Below, piece by piece: positions 39,365 to 47,987 of a DNA stretch of 62,309 nt. A program made the position numbers and the translations under genes. Every line of letters starts with the position of its first letter. The first letter of the stretch is position 1. The stretch spans positions 1 through 62,309 of the forward strand of contig DATFWQ010000135.1 in NCBI GenBank assembly GCA_035259145.1. Direction: 5' to 3'. The notes beneath the pieces are model-generated. The model searched no databases and was not told where the DNA came from. It worked only from the letters and a program-made list of their open reading frames with translations. The DNA is from Candidatus Dormiibacterota bacterium. GTDB taxonomy: Bacteria; Chloroflexota; Dormibacteria; Dormibacterales; Dormibacteraceae.

Positions 39365-41130
39365 GCGGCTTCAATGCGCCCCACTGCGGCTCGATGCGCG
39401 CCGGCGACGCCGGCCGAGAGCTGGACCTTTACGGCTGGGTTGCCAGGCGCCGCGATCACGGCGGCTTGATCTTCGTGGACCTCCGCGACCGCTGGGGCGC
39501 TGTTCAGGTCGTCTTCAACCCCGCCACGGCTCCGACCGCGCACGCCGCCGCCGCGAGCCTTCGTGCCGAGTACGTCGTGCGCGTCCGCGGCATCGTTCAG
39601 AGGCGGCCCGAAGGGTCGGAAAATCCACACCTTTCCACCGGCGAGGTGGAGGTCCACGCCTGCGAGCTCGAGGTCCTGAACGAGAGCAAGACGCCGCCCT
39701 TTCAGGTCGAGGGTGACCTCGAGCCGGAGGAGACGGTGCGGCTCAAGTACCGCTACCTGGACCTCCGGCGTCCACGAATGCAGGACATAATGCGAGTGCG
39801 CCACCGAGTCAACCACATCACGCACTCGTACTTCGATGAGCACGAGTTTCTCGAGGTCGAGACTCCGATGCTGACCAAGAGCACACCCGAAGGCGCGCGC
39901 GATTTCCTGGTCCCCTCAAGGCTCCACCGGGGCCGGTTCTACGCGCTGCCCCAATCACCGCAGCAGATGAAGCAGCTGCTGATGGTCTCCGGCGTCCAGC
40001 GCTACTACCAGATCGCTCGCTGCCTGCGAGACGAAGACCTGAGGGCAGACCGCGCAGCCGAGTTCACACAGCTCGACGTGGAGATGTCGTTCAACGACGA
40101 GGAGGACGTCTTCGAGATCATCGAGGGCTGGATCGGCCGGCTGTGGAAGGAGATCCTCGACGTCGATCTGCCCCGCCCCTGGCCGCGCATCTCCATGGGT
40201 GAGGCGCTGCTCCGATACGGGACGGACAAGCCAGATCTGCGGTACGAGCTGGAAGTCGCAGATCTCGGCCACGCCCTGGCGCACACCGGGGCCCGGGTGT
40301 TCCGCTCGGCGCTGGACGGGGGCGGAGTGGTGCGCGGGCTGCGCGTACCAGGTGGCCGGGACATGACCCGCCGCGAGCTCGACGAGCTGGCTGTGATAGC
40401 CCGCGGTGCCGGCGGTGGAGGTCTGGCCTGGCTTCCTGGCGGGCCGCTGGACAAGTTCCTGACCCTCGACGAGCTGCAGGCGATTCAAGGAGCGACAGGG
40501 GCCGGCCCCGACGACGTGGTCCTGATCGCGGCTGACCGCAGGCGTCGGGCCGAGAAGGTCATGGGGCTGATCCGCGGCGAGGTCGCAAGACGCCGCAACC
40601 TTATCCGGGAAGGCGAATGGCGCTTTCTCTGGATCCACCCGATGTATCTGTTCGACGAGGACGACGAGGGCAACCTGACATACGGGCACCATCCGTTCAC
40701 ACGCCCGATGGAGGAGGACCTGGCGTTCCTGGACGAGCGTCCCTATGAGGTCCGGGCGCACGCCTACGACATCGTCTGCAACGGCTACGAGCTGGCGAGC
40801 GGCAGCCTCCGGATCCACGACCGAGCGATGCAGGAAAGGGTCTTCCAGATCCTCGGCCTCGACGGCGAGACCATTCAGGCGCGATTCGGCCACCTGCTGG
40901 AGGCGTTCGAGTACGGGGTCCCGCCTCACGGAGGCATCGCTCCCGGCCTCGACCGCATAGTGATGCTGCTGGCAGGCACCGACAACATCCGCGACGTGAT
41001 CGCCTTCCCCAAGACCCAGTCCGTGCTCGACCTGATGATGGATGCGCCCAGCCCGGTCGAAGAGGGCCAGCTGGAGGAGCTGGGGATCCAGCTGAGAGCC
41101 TCAGACGTAGCTCCATCGCCGAGCCGGTAA
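39361..41130 (+). CDS. aspS: aspartate--tRNA ligase; proposed CTG start in a CTGA overlap with hisS
   Basis: HCG...LYGWVARRRDHGGLIFVDLRDRWG OB-fold N-terminus and class II motifs (FYALPQSPQ, GLDRIVM). Alternative starts are ATG 39394 and GTG 39229. Confidence 0.9.
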   Translation: MSGFNAPHCGSMRAGDAGRELDLYGWVARRRDHGGLIFVDLRDRWGAVQVVFNPATAPTAHAAAASLRAEYVVRVRGIVQRRPEGSENPHLSTGEVEVHACELEVLNESKTPPFQVEGDLEPEETVRLKYRYLDLRRPRMQDIMRVRHRVNHITHSYFDEHEFLEVETPMLTKSTPEGARDFLVPSRLHRGRFYALPQSPQQMKQLLMVSGVQRYYQIARCLRDEDLRADRAAEFTQLDVEMSFNDEEDVFEIIEGWIGRLWKEILDVDLPRPWPRISMGEALLRYGTDKPDLRYELEVADLGHALAHTGARVFRSALDGGGVVRGLRVPGGRDMTRRELDELAVIARGAGGGGLAWLPGGPLDKFLTLDELQAIQGATGAGPDDVVLIAADRRRRAEKVMGLIRGEVARRRNLIREGEWRFLWIHPMYLFDEDDEGNLTYGHHPFTRPMEEDLAFLDERPYEVRAHAYDIVCNGYELASGSLRIHDRAMQERVFQILGLDGETIQARFGHLLEAFEYGVPPHGGIAPGLDRIVMLLAGTDNIRDVIAFPKTQSVLDLMMDAPSPVEEGQLEELGIQLRASDVAPSPSR

Positions 41131-41191
41131 CATGTCCGTGTTCCCGTGGGGGACGAGGGTCACATGCGCGTTGCCCAACACCATATGCATA

Positions 41192-41207
41192 GGGACCCCG
41201 GGGTCCC
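41192..41207. repeat. perfect 16-nt palindrome GGGACCCCGGGGTCCC
   Basis: Read directly from the sequence. Confidence 0.8.
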
Positions 41208-41348
41208 GCGTGCGGCCCAGAAGCCCGCTTAGACGGGACCTGGAAGGCACCGGGCAGGGGACCCACCTGAGCGATCTCAGGACAGCCGACGGCCCTCTCC
41301 CTCCGGGCAACATCGGGGGGCGCCTGACCGGCGGACCTACTGGAAGGA

Positions 41349-41469
41349 GGGGACCCCCTCCCCCGGCTACGCCGCGTACCCCCCCGACATCCCACCCCGC
41401 GAAGCAGGCTTCGCGGGGACACCGGGTCGCGGGGACCCCCTCCCCCGGCTTCGCGGGGGAGATAGTAGC
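41349..41469. repeat. GC-rich intergenic repeat element, copy B, with an internal 20-nt direct repeat and a 24-nt palindrome
   Basis: GGGGACCCCCTCCCCCGGCT at 41349-41368 and at 41431-41450. Palindrome CCCCGCGAAGCAGGCTTCGCGGGG at 41395-41418. The end GGGGGAGATAGTAGCC matches copy A. Confidence 0.7.
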
Positions 41470-41526
41470 CGTCGCGACCTGGTTCACGCCCGTGCGGGTT
41501 GGCATCTGAATCAAGGGCATCAGGGC

Positions 41527-41820
41527 ATGAGCTTCAGTGGCCTGCTGAGTCTTTTGAGCTGGGTTCCACCAGGGCTCGTGCTTGGTGCTGCGCTCGTGCT
41601 GCTGCTCGCCCAGCTCTTTCATTCCCTGCTGCACCACGGTCGCCGGCCTTACGTACCAGTACTGCTCCTGACCCTCGCCGGGATGTCTGCCGGCCAGCTC
41701 TGGGATGTGCTTGGGCTGCCAGGCCTACGCCTGGGCCAGGTCAACCTTCTCCCGGCGCTCCTCTTTGCAACCGCACTTCAGCCCCTCGTAAAGCCGCTGA
41801 CCGTGCGGTTGCTGCCGTGA
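41527..41820 (+). CDS. hypothetical small membrane protein (about 3 hydrophobic segments)
   Basis: Only ORF structure and hydrophobicity support this call. No recognisable family. Confidence 0.4.
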   Translation: MSFSGLLSLLSWVPPGLVLGAALVLLLAQLFHSLLHHGRRPYVPVLLLTLAGMSAGQLWDVLGLPGLRLGQVNLLPALLFATALQPLVKPLTVRLLP

Positions 41821-41973
41821 AATGCGGCAGAACCAGGGCGTGCGCTGACAGGTCCGTGGGTACGGCTGCCAGTGCACTGCAGCCGCTGTTCGAGCATGTG
41901 ACCCTAAGATTGCTGCCGTAGTAGACGTTCTCCGAAAAAGGCGTCGGCGGTTTGGTCCGGCCGTGGTCGAGGT

Positions 41974-42360
41974 ATGTCATTGCTGAACTTCCTGTATCTG
42001 GCCGCAGGTCTCGCGGTTCTCGCGGTGGCGCTGTTCCTGTGCATCGTGTTGCACCGCCTGGCCAGAGTCCTGGCGGCGTTGGAAGAGACTTTGATGACTA
42101 CAGATGAGGCGATCCAGGAGGTGACTCCCGAACTGCGTGGCAGCCTGGGCAGCGTGAACGACATCGCCGGCGCGGTGAACGTCGGCTTGCGGGCCGCGGG
42201 CGAGGGCGCGAACCGCCTGACGGACGGGATCGCGCGCTCACTGGGGCCCACCCAGTCCACCCTCTATGGCGTGAGGGCCGGCGCCAGGAGTCTATTGCGC
42301 AGCTTCACCGGCCTCGACGGCGCCATGCCTCCCGAGCCTCCAAAGGAGATGGACAGATGA
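41974..42360 (+). CDS. DUF948-like membrane-anchored stress protein (YtxG-like)
   Basis: N-terminal TM helix followed by an Ala/Leu-rich coiled region. It pairs with the YtxH-like gene as in Bacillus ytxG-ytxH. Confidence 0.6.
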   Translation: MSLLNFLYLAAGLAVLAVALFLCIVLHRLARVLAALEETLMTTDEAIQEVTPELRGSLGSVNDIAGAVNVGLRAAGEGANRLTDGIARSLGPTQSTLYGVRAGARSLLRSFTGLDGAMPPEPPKEMDR

Positions 42361-42668
42361 CTAACGACAGTGAGAGCGGCGGCGGCTTCGGCTGGGGTCT
42401 TCTCGTGGGCCTCGCGCTTGGCTTCGTGGCCGGGGCGGCCCTCGCGTCCGGCCCAGGGCGTGAGCAGATGAAGACCCTGCGCGCACGAACGATCGAGCTG
42501 ACCGGTACGGCTCGCCGCGTCGCACGTGATCCCGAACACCCGATAGGGCGCGCCATAAATGACGGCATCGCTGCGGCGAACCGCCGCCGTCAGGAGCTGG
42601 AGCGCACGGCACGCGACCGCTGGCAAGAGCGGAAGGACGTGGCAAAGGAGGCGCAGCCGGATGCCTGA
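42357..42668 (+). CDS. YtxH-domain protein
   Basis: Gly-rich TM segment GFGWGLLVGLALGFVAGAALA followed by a charged helical region. ATGA overlap with the upstream gene. Confidence 0.6.
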   Translation: MTNDSESGGGFGWGLLVGLALGFVAGAALASGPGREQMKTLRARTIELTGTARRVARDPEHPIGRAINDGIAAANRRRQELERTARDRWQERKDVAKEAQPDA

Positions 42669-43113
42669 AGCCGCCAGGCCCCAGCTCGCCGAGCTCAAAA
42701 TACCCGCCCAGGGTGAGTTCATCGGGCTAGCGAAGCGGGTGGCCACCTCACTTGGCGGCCAGTTAGGCTTCAGCCTGGACGAAATCGACGATCTGGGAAT
42801 CGCCGTTACGCAGGCCTGCGGCAGCGTAATCGAAGCGGCCGAGGAAGCCTGGGGGCCGGGAGCGACGCTGAAACTGAGCTTCGGTCCCAATGCGCGGGGG
42901 CTTGCGGTCGACGTCGAGGCGATAGCGCCGCGGTCGCGCGAGGCTCTCCCGGTTCCACGCTCACCCGCCGCTCCTGCGGCAAAGGCTGAAGCGGACATCC
43001 AGCGAGAGCTTGCCCGGGAGATGATCCGCCTCTTCGTCGACGACTTCCGGCATCAGGTCGACGCCGGCCGGCGTCAGATCAGGTACCGGATGGTGAAGTA
43101 TCTGATCACTTGA
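42661..43113 (+). CDS. anti-sigma regulatory factor-like protein (RsbW/SpoIIAB-like, ATPase motifs degenerate)
   Basis: About 150 aa, TTGA-coupled to the sigma gene. The LKIPAQGEFIGLAKRV...LDEIDDLGIAVTQA layout resembles HATPase-type anti-sigma factors. The N-box Asn and G-boxes are not evident. Confidence 0.5.
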   Translation: MPEAARPQLAELKIPAQGEFIGLAKRVATSLGGQLGFSLDEIDDLGIAVTQACGSVIEAAEEAWGPGATLKLSFGPNARGLAVDVEAIAPRSREALPVPRSPAAPAAKAEADIQRELAREMIRLFVDDFRHQVDAGRRQIRYRMVKYLIT

Positions 43114-43922
43114 GCCAGCCGCAGCCGCGGGTCGATCACGTCGATGTTCCGGCCGCGCCAAGGCGCGAGGAGCTGCGTCGCCTGCATCGCCTCTACGCCG
43201 AGACCGGCGACCGGCGTGAGCGGGCCGAGATCCGTGAGCAGCTTGTTCGTGGCTACGAGAGCCTTGTCCACTTCCTCGCCCGGCGCTTTCAGAACCGTGG
43301 CGAGCCGCTGGAGGACATAGTCCAGGTCGGCTTCCTGGGTCTGATCAAGGCGATCGACCGATTCGATCCCGACATGGGCAACGAGTTCACCACTTTCGCA
43401 ACGCCTACGATCCTGGGAGAGATCCGGCGCTATTTCCGCGACAAGGGGTGGGCGATACGCTTCCCGCGCCGTCTGCAGGAGCTCTATCAGCAGGTGGTTC
43501 GGACCAACGAGGCGATGAAGAACGAGCTGAACCGGCAGCCGACGGTCGCCGAGGTGGCCGAACGTCTCGGGGTGCAGCCCGACGACGTCCTGGAGGCCAT
43601 GGAGATGAGCTCCGCGCTGACCCCGGTGTCGATCGACGCTGTGACCGCGGGTGGCATTGACGACGGCGGACGGCCGCTCGCCGAGGCGGTAGGCGGCGAT
43701 GATCCCAACCTGGACCGGGTCGAGATGCGCGATGTGCTCAATCGCGCCATGCAGCACCTGAACGAACGCGAGCGCCGCATCATGATCATGCGGTTCTTCG
43801 ATGAGATGTCGCAGTCGGAGGTTGCAAAGCGGCTGGGTATCAGCCAGATGCACGTCTCGCGACTCCAGAGAGCCGCACTCGAGCAACTCCGGGAGCACCT
43901 GCCCGACGCGCCAGACCAGTAG
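43110..43922 (+). CDS. RNA polymerase sigma factor, SigB/SigF/SigG subfamily
   Basis: Region 2 DIVQVGFLGLIKAIDRFDP...FTTFATPTILGEIRRYFRD. Region 4 SQSEVAKRLGISQMHVSRL. Confidence 0.9.
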   Translation: MSQPQPRVDHVDVPAAPRREELRRLHRLYAETGDRRERAEIREQLVRGYESLVHFLARRFQNRGEPLEDIVQVGFLGLIKAIDRFDPDMGNEFTTFATPTILGEIRRYFRDKGWAIRFPRRLQELYQQVVRTNEAMKNELNRQPTVAEVAERLGVQPDDVLEAMEMSSALTPVSIDAVTAGGIDDGGRPLAEAVGGDDPNLDRVEMRDVLNRAMQHLNERERRIMIMRFFDEMSQSEVAKRLGISQMHVSRLQRAALEQLREHLPDAPDQ

Positions 43923-44001
43923 CCGAACTGCAGATTCACGATCAGATCAAGTTCGGTGAGGCGTAGCGGGTAGGCCCGGCTCCGCCGGCCGAGTCCGGGG
44001 T

Positions 44002-44029
44002 CCCCACGAAATCTCGAGATTTCGTGGGG
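44002..44029. repeat. perfect 28-nt palindrome CCCCACGAAATCTCGAGATTTCGTGGGG
   Basis: Read directly. It has the same CCCC(A/G)CGAA...TTCG(T/C)GGGG arms as 41395-41418. Confidence 0.8.
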
Positions 44030-44196
44030 TGGAATTGAGTTGTGGCCACACGCTGCCGGACGCTGCCCGTCACCCACCACCGGTGAGTGGGCGGCAACCT
44101 TCTGCGCCAGCACGGAGGGGGTCTGGGGAGGGAGGCCTGACTCCCCCTGCTACGAAACAGGCGCGCCCGATACCGGCCGGTAAACTTACGCACTCG

Positions 44197-46728
44197 GTGA
44201 CCGGAGCAGAGATCCGCAGACGTTTCCTCGCGCACTTCGAGAGCCGGGACCACCTCGTACTGGACAGCTTCCCACTCGTTCCAGCAGACGACCCCAGCAC
44301 TCTTTTCATCTCGGCAGGAATGCAGCCGCTGCAGCCCTACTTCCGGGGGCTTCGGCCGCCGCCTCACGCCCGCCTGGCATCGAGCCAGAAGTGTTTTCGC
44401 ACGGTTGACCTGGTCGAAGTCGGTAAAGACGACCGCCACGCGACCTTCCTTGAGATGCTGGGCAACTTCGCGCCCACCGGTGACTACTTCAAAGAGACGG
44501 CGATCCCGCTGGCATGGGAGCTGGTGACCGATCCCGTGAAGGGCTTCGGCCTGACAAGAGAGCGGCTGCGGGTCACCACCCATCCGACCGACGAGGAAGC
44601 CAGGGAGATCTGGCGCCGGCGGACCGACGTCAAGACCGACTGGATCTATGAGAACGAAGACAACTGGTGGGGCCTCGACCTTGGCCCGTGCGGCCCCGAC
44701 TCGGAGATCTGGTGGGACCGCGGCCTGGAGTACGGCTGCGGCCAGCCCGACTGCCGGCCCGACCACTGCGACCGCTTTCTCGAGTTCTGGAACCTCGTCT
44801 TTCCACAGTTCGACAAGCAGCCGGACGGGAGCCTGCCGCCTCTGCCCACGCCGGCCATCGACACAGGCATGGGTCTCGAGCGAATCTCGTCCATCATCCA
44901 GCGCGTACCGAGCATCTTCGACGTAGACCTGTTTGCTCCGTTGATGGGGTTCGTCCGCGACTCGGCTCCGAACGTGACCCGGTTTTCCGAGCGTGTGATC
45001 TCGGACCACGTCCGCGCCGCCACCTTCGTGATCGCCGACGGGGTCGCGCCGGGAAACGAGGGGCGAGGATACGTCCTGCGCCGGGTCATCCGTCGCGCCG
45101 CACTGCACGCACGCCGAGCAGGTATGTCCCGCCCGCTGGCGGACGGCGTTCCCATGGTGGTCGCCACAATGAGCGACCAGTACCCGTACCTGGCTCAGCG
45201 CGAGGCGGACGCCCGAGAGGCGATCGCGGCGGAGCAGAACGCCTTCAACCGGACCGTTGAACGGGGTATCGACCTGTTCGAGCAGCTCGCCTCGCGTCCC
45301 GGAAAGGAGATCTCCGGCGGCGACGCATTCAGACTGCACGACACGTTCGGCTTCCCACTGGAGCTGACGCGCGAGCTGGCCGAGGAGCGGGGACTCGCGG
45401 TCGAAGAGGAAGGCTTTGCAGCCGCGATGGCACAGCAGCGCGAGCGGTCGCGGCAGGCGCACCAGCATCACTGGACGGGCCTCAACGCGATGCCCACCTC
45501 GGACTTCGTCGGGTACGACCAGCTCCGGGTCGAGGCCACCGTTGTGGCGCTGCGACACGACGGGGCCGAGGTCGTCGAGGCGGGGGAGGACGACGACGTC
45601 GAGGTCTACCTCGATCGCACTCCCTTCTACGCGGAGTCAGGCGGCCAGATCGGGGATACCGGACGGTTAACCGGTCCGCACGGGGAGGTCACGATCGAGG
45701 ACACCCAGCGCCCGCTCGAAGGCGTCATCGCGCACCTGGGCCGGGTCAGCGTCGGCCTGCTTCGCGTCGGCGACCGGGTCGAGGCCTCAGTCGAAGCAGA
45801 GCGGCGGCGCCAGATCATGCGCCACCACACGGCGACTCATCTCTTGAACCGAGCCCTGGAGGAGCTGACCGGCCGCCGCAACCTGCAGCGGGGCTCCTGG
45901 GTCGGACCTGACCGTACGACCTTCGACTTCCCACTGGACCGCGCTCTGACGCCGGCCGAGCTGGACAGCCTGGCGGCTCGCATCAACGAGCAGGTCCGGG
46001 CTGCACTGCCGCTGACGGCGCGCATCCTCCCGTACCAGGAAGCGCGGGCGACCGGTGCCACCCACCTGTTCGATGAGAAATACGGCGACAAAGTTCGCGT
46101 CGTTTGCATCGGCGACTGGAGCTGCGAGTTCTGTGGTGGTACTCACGTGGGCACAAGCGCCGACGTCGGGCTTGCACTCATCGTCTCCGAGTTCAGCATC
46201 GGCAGGGGCCTGCGCCGCATCGAGCTCGTCGTGGGAGAGGCGGCAGAGGCCCTCGTCCGCCGCCGCCTCTCCACGCTGGACGAGCTCGGCACGATGCTGG
46301 GAGTCGGTCCTGACGATCTGGTCAGGAGGGTGACCGACCTTCGCCGCGAACTGAAGGACGGTGTTCGAGAGATCGAGAGCCTGCGCGACGAGCTGCGGTT
46401 GGCCCACGTCCGGGGCTCGAATGGCGGCCCCCGTCGACGGGAGGCGCGGGTGCCGCTGATCGCTCAAGAGGTGCCGGCTGTGGGCCAGGACGACTTGCGC
46501 GGCTACGCGGATCGTTACCTGGAGGCGCTGGGCGGCAGCGGCGTCGTCGCGGTAGCGAACGGCTCGAACTTCGTGATCAAGGTCTCAAGAGACCTGGCCG
46601 GCCAGCACCCCGCGACCGGGCTGGCGCCACTGCTCGGTCGCGGTGGCGGTAGGCCTGAGCTGGCTCAGGGCAGGCTTACCAAACCCGCGCTCCAGGCGTT
46701 CAACGAGCTGGAGGCAACCCTGAGGTGA
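44197..46728 (+). CDS. alaS: alanine--tRNA ligase
   Basis: EIRRRFLAHFESRDH..., FFEMLGNF-like LEMLGNF, the editing-domain HTATHLL motif, and the C-terminal DHHA1-like region. GTG 44197 is preferred over 44029. Confidence 0.95.
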   Translation: MTGAEIRRRFLAHFESRDHLVLDSFPLVPADDPSTLFISAGMQPLQPYFRGLRPPPHARLASSQKCFRTVDLVEVGKDDRHATFLEMLGNFAPTGDYFKETAIPLAWELVTDPVKGFGLTRERLRVTTHPTDEEAREIWRRRTDVKTDWIYENEDNWWGLDLGPCGPDSEIWWDRGLEYGCGQPDCRPDHCDRFLEFWNLVFPQFDKQPDGSLPPLPTPAIDTGMGLERISSIIQRVPSIFDVDLFAPLMGFVRDSAPNVTRFSERVISDHVRAATFVIADGVAPGNEGRGYVLRRVIRRAALHARRAGMSRPLADGVPMVVATMSDQYPYLAQREADAREAIAAEQNAFNRTVERGIDLFEQLASRPGKEISGGDAFRLHDTFGFPLELTRELAEERGLAVEEEGFAAAMAQQRERSRQAHQHHWTGLNAMPTSDFVGYDQLRVEATVVALRHDGAEVVEAGEDDDVEVYLDRTPFYAESGGQIGDTGRLTGPHGEVTIEDTQRPLEGVIAHLGRVSVGLLRVGDRVEASVEAERRRQIMRHHTATHLLNRALEELTGRRNLQRGSWVGPDRTTFDFPLDRALTPAELDSLAARINEQVRAALPLTARILPYQEARATGATHLFDEKYGDKVRVVCIGDWSCEFCGGTHVGTSADVGLALIVSEFSIGRGLRRIELVVGEAAEALVRRRLSTLDELGTMLGVGPDDLVRRVTDLRRELKDGVREIESLRDELRLAHVRGSNGGPRRREARVPLIAQEVPAVGQDDLRGYADRYLEALGGSGVVAVANGSNFVIKVSRDLAGQHPATGLAPLLGRGGGRPELAQGRLTKPALQAFNELEATLR

Positions 46729-47987
46729 GCCAGTTCCGATTCCTGAAGAGTCGCGACGACTACTACCGGCACTTCACCGCGCTGGACATCGGAACCGATC
46801 TCGTCAAGGCTCTTGTGGTCAGGCGGGAGACGCCCAACGGCTATGTGCTGGGCGTCAGCCGGGAGCCGCAGCACCCCGACGCCATGATCGGGGGCGCGAT
46901 CGGAGACGTCGAGCTGGTAATCGACGCTTGCAACAGGGCGCTCGAGGCCGCCGAGGACATGGCGGGGACCGTTCCCGGCCAGGTCGTGATCGGCATCGCC
47001 GGTGAGATGGTGAAGGGCTTCTCTTCGTCGATCGCCTATCCTCGGGAGCGGCCGGTCGAGCGGGTCCGTGAGTCGGAGCTGCGCAACATGCTGCAGCTGG
47101 TCGAGAAACGAGCCCTGCGGGAGGCACAGCACCTCCTGGAGCTGGAGCGAGCCTACGGCGAGGTGGGCGAGGTCCGGCTGGTCCACTCGGCCATCACCCA
47201 GGTGCGCATCGACGGCTATCCCGTCACCAACCCGATCGGCTTCCAGGGCCGCAACCTTGAGGTGACGGTGTTCAACACGTTCGCGCCGATGTCGCAGATC
47301 TCCAGGCTGGAGGTCCTGGCCAGAGAGCTGGATCTCGAGATCGCGGGCACGGTATCCCAGCCTTACGCGCTGGCTCGCGCCTGTGCCGGCGACGAGGCGT
47401 GGGAGCTGGGTGGCATCTTCGTCGACATCGGAGGTGGCACTACGGACGTGGCGCTGCTACGCGGAGGTGGGGTGGAGGGGACCCGGATGTTCGGCCTGGG
47501 CGGCCAGGCTTTCACGCGGCGGCTGTCTGCCGAGCTGGGGTTGAGCTACCACGAGGCCGAGGCACGGAAGTTCCGCCACTCCGAGGGCTTGCTGCCGGCC
47601 GATCAGGAGTACGCGGTGAGCCAGCTTCTCCAGGCCGACATCGAGGTGCTCCTTCAGGGCCTGGCCCTCTGTCTACGTGAGCTTGCCAGAGGGGAGGTTC
47701 TCCCGGCTAACATCTACGTTTGCGGCGGTGGCAGCCTGCTGCCGGGGCTGGTGAACGAGCTCCACAAGAACGTGTGGGCGGAGGGACTGCCGTTCGAGCG
47801 CCAGCCGCATGCCCGTCTGTTGACCCCAGGGGATGCTCACAATCTCATCGACTCGACCGGCCAGCTCCTCAATGCGCAGGACGTCTGCCCGATGGCCCTG
47901 GCCAGTCACGCCCTGCGGGTCGAGTCGGAGGACCGCGACGCCGTGAACAACGTGATGCGAGGCGTTCTCAAGGCGATGAAGGGCTGA
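46725..47987 (+). CDS. FtsA/PilM-like actin-fold ATPase
   Basis: ALDIGTDLVKALVV (phosphate-1) and FVDIGGGTTDVAL (phosphate-2) motifs. The short C-terminal segment VMRGVLKAMKG is possibly amphipathic. GTGA overlap with alaS. Confidence 0.7.
   Translation: MSQFRFLKSRDDYYRHFTALDIGTDLVKALVVRRETPNGYVLGVSREPQHPDAMIGGAIGDVELVIDACNRALEAAEDMAGTVPGQVVIGIAGEMVKGFSSSIAYPRERPVERVRESELRNMLQLVEKRALREAQHLLELERAYGEVGEVRLVHSAITQVRIDGYPVTNPIGFQGRNLEVTVFNTFAPMSQISRLEVLARELDLEIAGTVSQPYALARACAGDEAWELGGIFVDIGGGTTDVALLRGGGVEGTRMFGLGGQAFTRRLSAELGLSYHEAEARKFRHSEGLLPADQEYAVSQLLQADIEVLLQGLALCLRELARGEVLPANIYVCGGGSLLPGLVNELHKNVWAEGLPFERQPHARLLTPGDAHNLIDSTGQLLNAQDVCPMALASHALRVESEDRDAVNNVMRGVLKAMKG

Noticed and set aside
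41230-41350. Possible SRP (4.5S) RNA because of two CTGGAAGG (GGAA tetraloop-like) motifs
   Set aside because: The conserved helix-8 context (GGAAGGAAGCAGCC-type symmetric and asymmetric loops) is absent and the flanks do not pair appropriately. RNase P, tmRNA and 6S hallmarks are also not seen.
41132-41509. 125-aa ORF in the aspS-downstream gap
   Set aside because: It has Pro/Gly/Arg/Thr low-complexity composition, runs straight through the repeat elements and palindromes, and has no SD.
43942-45558. 538-aa ORF antisense to alaS. Similar long antisense ORFs lie at 618-1709, 7045-8109, 20952-21857, 38021-39082 and 39955-40929.
   Set aside because: The reasoning is the same for all of them. 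Each overlaps a confidently assigned housekeeping gene on the other strand and shows no recognisable motifs.
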